Shown here: positions 9,174 to 19,293 of the stretch, in pieces | How the letters are laid out: every line of letters starts with the position of its first letter | Position numbering within the stretch: the stretch's first letter is position 1 | Virus record (IMG/VR): IMGVR_UViG_3300050138_000176 | Location: 1-64,000 of that record | Origin: a virus | DNA length: 64,000 bases | Direction: 5' to 3' (one strand) | The notes under the pieces: model-generated | Told to the model about the DNA's origin: nothing | Database searches by the model: none | The model's input: only the letters and a program-made list of their open reading frames with translations | Program-made: the position numbers and the translations under genes

Positions 9174-12110
9174 ATGCCATTAACGCTTTCAGTCGATAGA
9201 ATAAGGCTCGCCATAGTCCAGACGGACAGGTCGCCGGTGCTCGACGTGTTCTCCGGTGCCGCGCCGGCGTTCTACAACGGCAACGACCTCCAGTTTGAAC
9301 TTGGATTCTTCGACGCCAACGGAAATCCGCTCAACCTGAACAACGTGGACCAGGTCCGGCTCCAGGTGAAGCCACTGGACGGGATTGACGGACTGGCGGT
9401 GCTGGACGCCACGGTTGCCAGCGGCAGCCTGAACCAGTCAATGACGCTTGACCAGTGGCTGACCGGCGACCCGGTTCAGTGGAATGCGCTTATTCAGTTC
9501 CCGAATGCGGTCACACAACTTGACCTGTCCGGGGCGGATTCACAGGCGTTCTGGCTGGTGATCAGTGCGATACTCACGACCGGATCGTTTGCACCGACTG
9601 AATTTACCGATTCGTTCCGGCAGCGCACCAGCAACGTCGCCACGCTGACCGTGATGGGTCATAGCATCCTGAACGGGTCGGTTGCTGATATTTCAGGTGC
9701 TGGCGGTTCCGGTTACAATGTAACAGGAGCAGTTTTGACTGTGGTGGATGCGAATAACATCAGCTACGTCAGCGTCGGGTCCAATGAGGGCAGCACGGCT
9801 GACAGCACGGCGTTAATCACAATCACTTCCGTCCCGGCTCTGGAGGCCACGCTGGCAACCGGACAGATTAACGTGGTGGATTCCGGGTTTAACACGGCAC
9901 CGCCGTCGCTGGTGTCCACGCCGCTCTACCTGACTGCGGCACAAAGCGACGCCCGCTACACGGTCAGCTCGACGAAGGTCAGCAAGACCGGCGACACGAT
10001 GTCCGGCCTGCTCCAGTTCAGCGGCACCACGAATCCCGGCCTGCAACTCAACAGCCTGACCACCACGCAGAGGAACGCGCTCACACCGGCGGCAGGCATG
10101 GCGGTCTATGACACGACCGTTGGCAGCCCGATGTTTCGCATGGCGTCCGCCTGGGCGCAGCCGGTCATGTCCGTCAACGGGGCGACCGGCGTCGTTACCT
10201 TCACCACGGACGGCGTGACACAAGGCAGCACCAACTTTTACATGACCAACGCCGGGGTGCTGGCCCAGGTGTTGACCGGACTGACTGGCACCTACAGCGC
10301 GGTCACGGCGGCGGACACCGTGATTCAGGCGTTCGGCAAGCTGGCGGCCTACGCGGCGGCGGCGACTGGCAGCGGCTCCGTCACCAGCGTGGCCCTGGCC
10401 GTGCCTGCCGCCTTGTTCACGGTGTCCGGCAGCCCGGTGACGAGCGCGGGCACCCTGACGGCCACCTTGGCGCAGCAGTCGGCCAACACGGTGTTCGCCG
10501 GGCCGACCACCGGGAGCAGCGCGACGCCGACGTGGCGGGCGCTGGTCGCCGCCGACATCCCGGCGTTGCCGGAGAGCGCGGTGACAAACCTGACAACCGA
10601 CTTGGCGGCGCGGCTTCAACTCGCGGGCGGTACGATGACAGGGCCGATCAAGCTGGCGCTGTATGCCGGCGGCGGGGCCGCGCCGACACCTTCGCAGGGC
10701 ATGATTGCGTTCGACACCGTGACGAGCGTGCCCATGTTTTACAGCGGTTCGGCGTGGGTTGACCTGATCAGCGGTTCCGGCAGCTACCTGCCGCTGGCCG
10801 GCGGCACGCTCACCGGCGCGCTGAACCTGGTGTCCGGGACGCCAAGCGGCGCGCAGGCTACGAGGGCGGACTACATCGCTTCGACCTACCTGCCGCTGTC
10901 CGGCGGGAACATCGTTGGCGCGTTGACCTTCGCGTCCAGCGGCTCCGCGTCTTTCGCGTTCCCGAACGTGACCACGCCGCAGCGCCTCGGCATCACGCCG
11001 ACGACCGGGATGCAGGTGTTTGACACGACCGCCGGCCTGCCATTCCTCTGGAACGGGCTGGCGTGGATCAGCCCGCTGTCCAACGCGTACGCACTGCTGA
11101 TCTCCGGCGGCACGATGATAGGCGACATTCACTTCGCCACGGTGGCCGGGGCCGGCCTGGTGCTGAACCAGATGTCGGACTCGCAGATGAACGCGATCAC
11201 GCCGCTGACCGGGGCCATCCTGTTCAACGGCACGCACAACGTCCCGTATTTCTACAGCGGTTCGGCCTGGGTCGCGCTGACCACGTCGTCCAACTTCCTC
11301 GCTCTGTCCGGCGGCACGATGACCGGCCAGGCCGCGTTCACCGGGACCGGCTACGCGCCGCTTGCTCTCAATCCTTTGACGACCACGCAGAGAAATGCGC
11401 TTACACCAGCCGAGGGACAGGTGGCATACAACGTATCAACTCACCTGCTGGACTTCTACAATGGATCGGCGTGGATCGAGGTCGGCGCGACCGGCAGCGC
11501 GCTGCCACTGGCGGGCGGCACGATGACCGGCCAGATAGTGTTCACCGGAACAACATACGCTCCATTCGCGCTCAACCCGCTGACCACGACGCAACGGAAC
11601 GCACTGTCACCGGCGGCGGGCTGGGTCTGCTACAATACGACGACTGGCCTGCTGGACTTCTACAACGGGTCCGCATGGGTTGAGGCGGGCGGGGCCGGGA
11701 GCGCGGTTCCGTTGTCCGGCGGCACCATGACCGGGCTGCTGACGCTGGCATCTATTTCCACACCGCTAGGATTCGGGAGCGGTTGGACGGTCTCCGGGGT
11801 TTCCACCACCACGCTTGCAATAGATGTCAATAACGGCGGAAACCAAGCCGTCATCTTTCAGTCAAACGGCGGCTTCACCCAGGTGGATATGACCGTCGGA
11901 AACGGCAACATCAACGTCGGCTCTAACACCTACGGGTTCCAGGTAGCCGGGACGCAGGTGCTCGGCGGACGGCGCACCGGCTGGACGGCGGCCACAGGCA
12001 CGGCGACGCGCACCAGCTTCGCAACAGGCAGCGTGACCACGGCGGCGCTGGCGCAGGCGGTCAAGGCGCTGATCGACGACCTGATCACGCATGGAGCAAT
12101 CGGGCCATGA
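9174..12110 (+). CDS. Tail fibre / upper-baseplate protein
   Basis: Repeated LPLxGGTMTG and LNPLTTTQRNALTP..G...Y motifs; C-terminal VKALIDDLITHG.I. Confidence 0.75.
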   Translation: MPLTLSVDRIRLAIVQTDRSPVLDVFSGAAPAFYNGNDLQFELGFFDANGNPLNLNNVDQVRLQVKPLDGIDGLAVLDATVASGSLNQSMTLDQWLTGDPVQWNALIQFPNAVTQLDLSGADSQAFWLVISAILTTGSFAPTEFTDSFRQRTSNVATLTVMGHSILNGSVADISGAGGSGYNVTGAVLTVVDANNISYVSVGSNEGSTADSTALITITSVPALEATLATGQINVVDSGFNTAPPSLVSTPLYLTAAQSDARYTVSSTKVSKTGDTMSGLLQFSGTTNPGLQLNSLTTTQRNALTPAAGMAVYDTTVGSPMFRMASAWAQPVMSVNGATGVVTFTTDGVTQGSTNFYMTNAGVLAQVLTGLTGTYSAVTAADTVIQAFGKLAAYAAAATGSGSVTSVALAVPAALFTVSGSPVTSAGTLTATLAQQSANTVFAGPTTGSSATPTWRALVAADIPALPESAVTNLTTDLAARLQLAGGTMTGPIKLALYAGGGAAPTPSQGMIAFDTVTSVPMFYSGSAWVDLISGSGSYLPLAGGTLTGALNLVSGTPSGAQATRADYIASTYLPLSGGNIVGALTFASSGSASFAFPNVTTPQRLGITPTTGMQVFDTTAGLPFLWNGLAWISPLSNAYALLISGGTMIGDIHFATVAGAGLVLNQMSDSQMNAITPLTGAILFNGTHNVPYFYSGSAWVALTTSSNFLALSGGTMTGQAAFTGTGYAPLALNPLTTTQRNALTPAEGQVAYNVSTHLLDFYNGSAWIEVGATGSALPLAGGTMTGQIVFTGTTYAPFALNPLTTTQRNALSPAAGWVCYNTTTGLLDFYNGSAWVEAGGAGSAVPLSGGTMTGLLTLASISTPLGFGSGWTVSGVSTTTLAIDVNNGGNQAVIFQSNGGFTQVDMTVGNGNINVGSNTYGFQVAGTQVLGGRRTGWTAATGTATRTSFATGSVTTAALAQAVKALIDDLITHGAIGP

Positions 12111-12571
12111 ACACCATTATTGGAACCAGCGTGGACACGCAGCAGAACCCGAAAGGGATGGCAATATCCTTCGTGTCAGCCTCGACCGGCCTCGTCTCTG
12201 GCGCGCAGGTCACGGTTCACACCACCAAGAAGATCAACAGCAAGCCCAGCGACGGCACGTTCTCGATCCAGCTTGAACCCGGCTACTACATCGTGACGTT
12301 CGCCAGCGCGCCGGAGCCGACCCAGTTCACCATTGCGGTGCCAACCGGGTCGGCCACGCTCAACTTCGGGGACATCGTTGTGAACCCGGTGTCGCTGCCG
12401 CCGGGCACCGCGCCGGCCTCGCTGTGGAACAACGGGGTGCTGTCCGGGAGCAACCTGCGGTTCACCTATGGTGTCGGATTGGAAATATACGACTTTGATG
12501 ACGGGCTGTGGCACACGCTGATCTGCACCGGCAGTCCGGCGCAGATTGGCATATCCTCTGGGCACGCATGA
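12107..12571 (+). CDS. Fibre adaptor-like protein, paralog of 16930..17886
   Basis: N-terminal ~100 aa clearly similar to the 16930 ORF (FVSASTG, DGTFSI.LE.G.Y.VTF, TLNFGDIV). Confidence 0.7.
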   Translation: MNTIIGTSVDTQQNPKGMAISFVSASTGLVSGAQVTVHTTKKINSKPSDGTFSIQLEPGYYIVTFASAPEPTQFTIAVPTGSATLNFGDIVVNPVSLPPGTAPASLWNNGVLSGSNLRFTYGVGLEIYDFDDGLWHTLICTGSPAQIGISSGHA

Positions 12572-15500
12572 TAAGAAACAGCGCCATCATACTGCTCGTC
12601 ATGGTTCTGCTGGCCATGGCCGGTTGCGAGTTGTCGCTGCACGCGCAGCCGACGAACAACGTGCGGCCCGGCAACAGCGCGCTCACCGTGGACACGAACG
12701 GGCTGCTGCTCGCTCCAACCAATTTCTTCAAGGCCAACTCGAACCTGCTAAACCAGTCGGTCGCGGCCGGCGGTTACACGCTGCCGACGGCCAGCACAAC
12801 CGTTCTCGGCGGCATAAAGGTGGATGGCACCACAATCACGGTGAACGGCAGCGGTGTCGCATCGGTGATCGGAGGCGGCGGTTCCGGGTCTGTGACCAAC
12901 ATCACCGGGCCGACCGGAATCACCTGGTCGAACCCGACCAGCAATCCGTCAGGAACTTGGAACACCCAGTCGAGCAATACATTCTTCGCCGGACCGATCA
13001 GCGGCAGCGCGGCCAGCCCTGGCTTCCGGTTCCTGACCAACGCGGACTTCAACCCCGGACTCGCTCCCATCTTCAATGGTGCGAACCTGACCAGCTTAAC
13101 CGGCGCCAATGTGACCGGAACTGTGCCGCTGGCCACCAGTGCCACGAGCTTCAGCGGATCGCTATCCGGCAACGTGACCGGAACCCAGTCGGCAACCGTC
13201 CTGTCATCCATACCGGCCATCAGCGGCGCATTGCTCACCGCGCTGACCGGGGCGAACGTCACAGGCACAGTTCCGGCTGCCACTACATCCGTGAGCTTCA
13301 CCGGCTCCTTGGTTGGTGACGTTACCGGCACTCAGGGAGCCACGGTTGTCTCGCACATCGGCGCGGTGGATGGCGGCAGCCTGACCAACGTGACCGCTTC
13401 GTGGCTCAACGGCACCGGGCCGGGGCCGACCACGAACTCCGGCGCGCTGGTCGTCGTCCACACGGCGGCCGGCAACGTGCTGACCAACGGGCCGGTGCTG
13501 TCCGCAGGCCAGACCTACGTTTACGACGCCACACAGACAAACACCGGCGGACTCGCGGCAACCAACTTCCCGGCGGGCGGCAGCGGCAGCGTGACCAGCG
13601 TGGATCTCGCCGTGCCGGCCGGCTTCAGCACGAGCGGCGGCCCGGTGACGACAACTGGCGTCCTGACGCTTGGACTGACCGTGGAGACGGCGAATACCAT
13701 CTGGGCCGGGCCAGCGAGCGGGAGCTTGGCGCAACCTGGTTTTAGATTCCTGACCAACGCAGACTTTCCGTCCAGCCTCGCGCCGGTGTTCAGCGCGGCC
13801 AACCTGACCGCATTCCCGCTGTTCACCAACACGGCAAACGTGCTGACCAATGACCCTCGCGGGTTCACGAACACCGGGCCGGTCGCGCTCCAGACGATCT
13901 CGGTGAACAACCTGACCGCGACCAACGAGATAACGAACTCCAGCCTGACGGCCTCGACCGCGCTGGCGTCCGATGCCAACAAAGGGATCGTGTCCAGCTC
14001 CACGACAGCCACCGAGCTTGGCTACGTCCACAACGTGACCAGCGCGATCCAGACCCAGCTCAACGCTCTGTTCCCGGCGGCCGGCACCAACGCGTTCGTG
14101 AACACCAATGACGCCAGGGGATTCACCAACAGCGGCCCGGCGGCGTTGCAGACTTTGTCCGTGAACAACTTCACGGCCACCAACGAGATGACGAACGCGA
14201 GCCTCACGGCTTCAACGGCCCTGGCCTCGGACGCGAACAAAGGCATCGTCAGCAGCACCACCACAGCCACAGAACTTGGCTATGTTCACAACGTGACTAG
14301 TGCGATCCAAACGCAGTTGAACGCACTCTTTCCATCGAGCGGAACGAATGCTTTCGTCAATACAAATGACGCGAGAGGCTTCACCAATACCGGCAACACG
14401 GCGCACAGCACGCTGACCGCCATGGCCGGCACGTTCACAAATTCGGTGATCGACCTCGGCCCGGCCACAAACACACTGGTCGCGTTTGGGAACGCCGGGG
14501 TGCTGACCAACCTGCCGGCGGGAACCAACGGGAACTACGCGATCTACGATTCTTCCAAACTCGGCAGCGTGAAATTCGTAGCCGACGTGAACCTGACACC
14601 CGCCTTCATCGGTTCATCGTTGACCGCGCTCAACGCCTCGCAGATAACCAGTGGCACCCTGCCGCTGGCAAGGTTCGGCAATGTGACATCCAACACCTTT
14701 CTCGCCGGTCCGGACAACACAACGGCGGCCAACCCGACGTTCAGGGCGCTCGACAACGATGATATCCAGAGTTTAACCGTGCCGGCGGCGAACCTGTCGG
14801 GCACCGTGGCCACGGCGCGGCTCGGCAGCGGCAGCGCGACCAGTTCAACCATGCTGATCGGCAACCAGACATGGGCGACGTTCACCAGCGGCACAGTGAC
14901 CAGCGTCACCTTTACCGGTGACGGGGTGGTGGACAGCGCGACGCCAAGCACGGCGGTCACGTCCAGCGGCACGGTTGCTGCCACGATTATCAATCAGACG
15001 AGCAACACGTTCCTGGCCGGGCCAACATCAGGAGGCGCTGCGGCTCCGACATTCAGGGCTTTGAACAACAACGACTTCAATCCCACGCTCGCCCCGACCT
15101 TCAGCGCGACCAACCTGACCGGACTTTCTACAAATGGCGCGACGATAATCCAGACCAACCTTATCAGCGGGCTGCTTTACACGAACAATTATGGCTACGC
15201 GATCACGGTCTCCGCGAACGTGGCATACACCGTGGCTGCGGTGAATGGCAACGCCTCAATCGCACTGCAAATACCCGGATCGATCACGAACACCGTAGGC
15301 GCATCCTCCGCAGTCGGGGTGACGATTGCCATGACCTACTCGAACATGATTTCAGGAGTCATCAGCAACGGCGGGACGTTTGCGCTTACGAACCTGTCGG
15401 CGGGAGCGGGCGACACCGCAACTTATACTGGCGCTCAAATCAGCTATGTCCAGCAGCTTGCCGTTGCAACTTCGTTTGCCGGCAATGGATCGGGCTTGAC

Positions 15501-16107
15501 GAATCTTAACGCTGCAAACATAGCCACCGGAACGCTATCAACCAACCGCTACACGCGCACAGGGGTTTTGCGGACGCTGTTCATCGGTGCTGGAGCCATG
15601 AACCCGCTGCCGACCAACAGCGTCGTCCAGACCCTGCCGACGGCAGCGACCAACTCGGCAAACACCAACATCAACCGGGACGCCTGGACGATGTCAGTCA
15701 CCAAGACCAACGGCGTCCACTTCGCATGGTTCGCACCGCCCGCCTGGAACCAAGGCACTATCGCTTTCCGCGTCATGGTCACGGACACCGGCACGAACGC
15801 GGGCACCGCCACCAACTACGTGTGGAGCGTGGCCGCGCAGGACGTGTCCCAGGCCGGGTCGCTGGCGAACGCACTCGGCACGGCGATCCAGACAACGAGC
15901 GGGCTTTATACAAACACCAGCCAGCTTGCGATGGCCACCAGCGCGGCGGTTACGGTTGGCGGTTCTCCCGTCGCCGGGGATATGATTGACTGCCAGATCA
16001 AGACGCTCGGCGGCAACGGCAGTTTCACCGTGACCAACACCTCATTTCAGGTTCTCGGCGTAATTTTGCAGTACAGCGAGTCCACCAATGAGCCGACCAC
16101 GTTATGA
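12568..16107 (+). CDS. Large Thr/Asn/Ser-rich fibre/adhesin with predicted signal peptide
   Basis: MIRNSAIILLVMVLLAMAGCELSLHA-Q; four copies of NTFxAGPxSGxxAxPxFRxLxNxD; internal 86-aa repeats. Confidence 0.75.
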   Translation: MIRNSAIILLVMVLLAMAGCELSLHAQPTNNVRPGNSALTVDTNGLLLAPTNFFKANSNLLNQSVAAGGYTLPTASTTVLGGIKVDGTTITVNGSGVASVIGGGGSGSVTNITGPTGITWSNPTSNPSGTWNTQSSNTFFAGPISGSAASPGFRFLTNADFNPGLAPIFNGANLTSLTGANVTGTVPLATSATSFSGSLSGNVTGTQSATVLSSIPAISGALLTALTGANVTGTVPAATTSVSFTGSLVGDVTGTQGATVVSHIGAVDGGSLTNVTASWLNGTGPGPTTNSGALVVVHTAAGNVLTNGPVLSAGQTYVYDATQTNTGGLAATNFPAGGSGSVTSVDLAVPAGFSTSGGPVTTTGVLTLGLTVETANTIWAGPASGSLAQPGFRFLTNADFPSSLAPVFSAANLTAFPLFTNTANVLTNDPRGFTNTGPVALQTISVNNLTATNEITNSSLTASTALASDANKGIVSSSTTATELGYVHNVTSAIQTQLNALFPAAGTNAFVNTNDARGFTNSGPAALQTLSVNNFTATNEMTNASLTASTALASDANKGIVSSTTTATELGYVHNVTSAIQTQLNALFPSSGTNAFVNTNDARGFTNTGNTAHSTLTAMAGTFTNSVIDLGPATNTLVAFGNAGVLTNLPAGTNGNYAIYDSSKLGSVKFVADVNLTPAFIGSSLTALNASQITSGTLPLARFGNVTSNTFLAGPDNTTAANPTFRALDNDDIQSLTVPAANLSGTVATARLGSGSATSSTMLIGNQTWATFTSGTVTSVTFTGDGVVDSATPSTAVTSSGTVAATIINQTSNTFLAGPTSGGAAAPTFRALNNNDFNPTLAPTFSATNLTGLSTNGATIIQTNLISGLLYTNNYGYAITVSANVAYTVAAVNGNASIALQIPGSITNTVGASSAVGVTIAMTYSNMISGVISNGGTFALTNLSAGAGDTATYTGAQISYVQQLAVATSFAGNGSGLTNLNAANIATGTLSTNRYTRTGVLRTLFIGAGAMNPLPTNSVVQTLPTAATNSANTNINRDAWTMSVTKTNGVHFAWFAPPAWNQGTIAFRVMVTDTGTNAGTATNYVWSVAAQDVSQAGSLANALGTAIQTTSGLYTNTSQLAMATSAAVTVGGSPVAGDMIDCQIKTLGGNGSFTVTNTSFQVLGVILQYSESTNEPTTL
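13846..14395 (+). repeat. Intragenic tandem repeat, 258 bp (86 aa), about 2.1 copies
   Basis: TNDxRGFTN begins at 13846, 14104 and 14362; the protein copies are nearly identical while the DNA diverges at synonymous sites. Confidence 0.85.
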
Positions 16108-16922
16108 GGAGACGCCAATTTATAAAGCGCACAGCAGCGGCCGGGGCCGGCCTGTGGCTGCCGAAGGCGTTCGCGCAGGAGAACTCGCCATCGCTGGCGA
16201 ACCGGCGCGGCCAGTTCCAGCCGGCTTCCGGCTGCACGGACATAACGAACGGGCTTGTTTTTTATTATCCGCTCGCGGCCAACGGAACTGATTCGACGGC
16301 TGGAAACAACCTGACGCTGTCCGGCTCTCCGAGTTTTGGTGGAAGCCCCGCCGCCGTGACCTGGGTGGCGGCCACGCCGACCTACGGCTACAACACGGCG
16401 CAGCAGTGGCCGCAGAGCGCCATGTCTTATTCGACGTGGATAAACATGACCAGTTCCTCGGCCACGTACTACATCGGGGCCTGCTACAGCAACCCGGCAG
16501 GCACGGTGCTGGCCGCTTATCTTCAGTTCTATACATCATCTTCCGCCCTGGTGTTCAGGATTCATCAGGTGCATGACACCATCTATATCGGCAGAACCAC
16601 ATCCTCGGTGCTCACCAGCGGGCTGCATTTTGTCTGCGCGACCTGGGACGGCACGGTGGGCGCGGACACTGGTATAAAAATTTACCTCGATGGAACCCAG
16701 GTGGACAACGCCAACGCCGACGCCAGTCCGGCCAGCTTCACCGGGCCATACGCCGGGAGCGACGTGCCGTTCGTTGTCGGCGCCGGTTTCGGTCTTGGTG
16801 TTATGACGGTATCCGCGCCATTCGACGGCAAGCAGCTTGGGACTCGGATGTATAACCGGGCGCTGTCATCCAGCGAAGTCACCACGCTTTACAACAACGG
16901 CAATTCCTGCGCAATCTACTGA
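16104..16922 (+). CDS. LamG/concanavalin-A-like lectin domain protein with Tat-like signal
   Basis: MRRRQFIK twin-arginine motif then AFA-Q; GLVFYYPL, HFVCATWDG, KIYLDG, RMYNRALSSSEVTTLY. Confidence 0.85.
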   Translation: MRRRQFIKRTAAAGAGLWLPKAFAQENSPSLANRRGQFQPASGCTDITNGLVFYYPLAANGTDSTAGNNLTLSGSPSFGGSPAAVTWVAATPTYGYNTAQQWPQSAMSYSTWINMTSSSATYYIGACYSNPAGTVLAAYLQFYTSSSALVFRIHQVHDTIYIGRTTSSVLTSGLHFVCATWDGTVGADTGIKIYLDGTQVDNANADASPASFTGPYAGSDVPFVVGAGFGLGVMTVSAPFDGKQLGTRMYNRALSSSEVTTLYNNGNSCAIY

Positions 16923-16929
16923 ATAAATC

Positions 16930-17886
16930 ATGCAAACAATAATCGGAACGGCCATCGATAGTCTAGGACGCGACAAGGGCGTCACCATCCAGTTCGTGTC
17001 CGCGTCCACCGGCCAGGTCGCCGGCCAGGTCGTGACGCTCAACACGACGCGCACCATTGCCAGCAACCCGGTGGACGGCACTTTCAGCATCACGCTGGAG
17101 CAAGGCGTGTATCAGGTGACGTTCGGCAGCCACCCGGCCACGACCAGCTTCACGATATCGGTGCCAAGCGGCACCGGGACGTTGAACTTTGGTGATATTG
17201 TTACCAGCGCGATACCGCCGTTGCCGAGCGTGATACCGGCGACGCTCTGGAACGGGACGTGGGCGGGCAGCTTCGTGTTCGTTCCGATATACGCGCTGAT
17301 ACCAACAGTCACGCAGGTCGCCTATACCGGAGGTAATATCAACGCGGCGGGCGGTGAGAAGTACGCCTACTGGGTGTCCTACGTGAACGCGGTCGGCGAG
17401 ACCATTGTGAGCGCGCAGGTCAACGTGGCTGAAGGCGGCAGCCCGACGGCGAACCTGGCGAACCGGGTCACGTTCGGCGCGATGCCGGCCGGGGCCACGA
17501 CGCTGCGCCTGTGGCGGACCTATGTGGACACCGGGAGCACCTATGTCGCGGCCACGTTCCCGGCCAACGTGTCGCTGCTGGCCACCATGGCGGCGTCCAC
17601 GGCCTATTATGATGACTTCGAGAGCACGGCGGCGTTCCTGGCGCGGGAGCCGGGCACCGTGCCGCCGACCTACAACACGACGGCGGGCAAGGTGTACTCC
17701 AGCGCGGGCAACCTGCGGCTGGCGGTGACGGACACGGCGGTCGAGTTTCCAGGCACCACAGTGCGAGTCGATCCGGTGAAAGGATTGCAGGTTTATAATC
17801 TCACCACCAAACTTTGGTACAGCATTATCTGCACCGGAGCGCTCGGCGCGGAGCAGGTCGGCATCGACGCAGGCAACCCGAACTAA
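16930..17886 (+). CDS. Fibre adaptor-like protein, longer paralog of 12107..12571
   Basis: Shares both N- and C-terminal segments (GLxxY.....WxxxICTG...QxGI) with the 12107 ORF and has an extra internal domain. Confidence 0.7.
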   Translation: MQTIIGTAIDSLGRDKGVTIQFVSASTGQVAGQVVTLNTTRTIASNPVDGTFSITLEQGVYQVTFGSHPATTSFTISVPSGTGTLNFGDIVTSAIPPLPSVIPATLWNGTWAGSFVFVPIYALIPTVTQVAYTGGNINAAGGEKYAYWVSYVNAVGETIVSAQVNVAEGGSPTANLANRVTFGAMPAGATTLRLWRTYVDTGSTYVAATFPANVSLLATMAASTAYYDDFESTAAFLAREPGTVPPTYNTTAGKVYSSAGNLRLAVTDTAVEFPGTTVRVDPVKGLQVYNLTTKLWYSIICTGALGAEQVGIDAGNPN

Positions 17887-17896
17887 CAATCAAACA

Positions 17897-18676
17897 ATGA
17901 AACTGAAGACAATAATCTCAATCGGAACCGGCCTGCTGCTGGCCGCCGTCGCAATGGCGCAGCCGCCCACCAACGCGGCGGCACCGGCGCGGGAGGCCGT
18001 CATGGTGGACACCAATGGGGTGTTGAAAGCGCCGACGAACTTCTTCGCGGCGAACTCGAACCTGCTCAATGCGGCGGTCGCTGGCGGCGGCGGGGGCGGT
18101 TCCGGCACGGTGACTGCGGTGTCCGGGCCGAGCATCGTCACCTGGGCCAACCCAACCACGACGCCAACCGGCACGTTGAACACGCAGACATCCAATACGT
18201 TCCTAGCAGGGCCAACCAGTGGCAGCGCTGCCGCTCCTACATTTCGCGCTCTTGGCAATGCTGATTTCAACGTGACACTCACCCCGACGTTCAGTGGATC
18301 GAACCTTACCCATATCCAGGCCACCAACACCGAAGGACTGCTATCCGTAACACCGGTAATAATCACGAACTCAACCACGAACCTGACGCTGTCATTTGGA
18401 ACCAATCTTTACTCCATAGCGTCCAGCAATTTCACGGCGCTAAACTTCACCGGGCCGGCGGGGAACGCCGGGGTTGCCACCTGGGGCGGACAGACGACCG
18501 GAACCAATGTAACCTTGTCCTGGCCTACCAGCAGCATGACGCTGAACACGAACGGCTTGATTGTAGTTGGAACCAACTATACACTATCAATCACGAACAG
18601 CGCCTGGGTGGTCAGCTTCTGGGCGCTGGTCGGATCACCGAACTGGACTAATATCATCGTCGCGCACCTGCCATGA
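17897..18676 (+). CDS. Short signal-peptide fibre-like protein, paralog of the 12568 N-terminus
   Basis: MKLKTIISIGTGLLLAAVAMA-Q; VDTNGxLxAPTNFFxANSNLLN shared with the 12568 ORF. Confidence 0.75.
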   Translation: MKLKTIISIGTGLLLAAVAMAQPPTNAAAPAREAVMVDTNGVLKAPTNFFAANSNLLNAAVAGGGGGGSGTVTAVSGPSIVTWANPTTTPTGTLNTQTSNTFLAGPTSGSAAAPTFRALGNADFNVTLTPTFSGSNLTHIQATNTEGLLSVTPVIITNSTTNLTLSFGTNLYSIASSNFTALNFTGPAGNAGVATWGGQTTGTNVTLSWPTSSMTLNTNGLIVVGTNYTLSITNSAWVVSFWALVGSPNWTNIIVAHLP

Positions 18677-19293
18677 AAATAATATCCATCATTCTGCTGC
18701 TGGCGTTGTCAGTCGCCGCGCAGCCGTTCACCGTGAACGACCCGGCCATGCTGAACCGCAAGGCGGCAGTCGCGCCGCCGCCTCCGTGCAACCAGTTCGA
18801 TTCATTCACGGCTGGCGGCCTTGGCGATTCTACTGAGTCGATTGGCTTGAGCGCGGGCACGTATTACGTCGGAATGTATTACGCGCCACAGACCAATGAA
18901 ACGGTCTGCAAGATGTCGTTCAAACTCACGTCCATCAACAACGGCGGGCATATAAGCGCGAAAACTCTTGTCGCGAAAATCTACCTGTTGAGCGGCGCGA
19001 ATTTTAGCACCTTGATAGGCACGTCGGATAATGTGACCGGCAGCGATTCATGGAGCGGTACGAGCGTCGATTTTCCTTTCAGCACGACGGCGGCAATCAC
19101 CACCGGAAATACTTATGGTGTGGCAGTCACCATGAACGGCTGCTGTTACGGAACCGGGGAATATGTCCTTATGAACCAGGGCGGATTCGGAACCAGCCCC
19201 GGTGCATATTACGGAAACCTGACTTGGAACTCCAGCGGGGTGAACACCGGCGGCGGCACTTACATGCTAGGCTTTAACTTCTTCGGCCAATGA
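18673..19293 (+). CDS. Secreted beta-sandwich protein
   Basis: MKIISIILLLALSVAA-Q signal peptide; beta-rich. Confidence 0.7.
   Translation: MKIISIILLLALSVAAQPFTVNDPAMLNRKAAVAPPPPCNQFDSFTAGGLGDSTESIGLSAGTYYVGMYYAPQTNETVCKMSFKLTSINNGGHISAKTLVAKIYLLSGANFSTLIGTSDNVTGSDSWSGTSVDFPFSTTAAITTGNTYGVAVTMNGCCYGTGEYVLMNQGGFGTSPGAYYGNLTWNSSGVNTGGGTYMLGFNFFGQ

Noticed and set aside
13846-14395. Diversity-generating retroelement template/variable repeats
   Set aside because: The copies are in-frame tandem protein repeats with mostly synonymous differences, and no reverse transcriptase is in the window.
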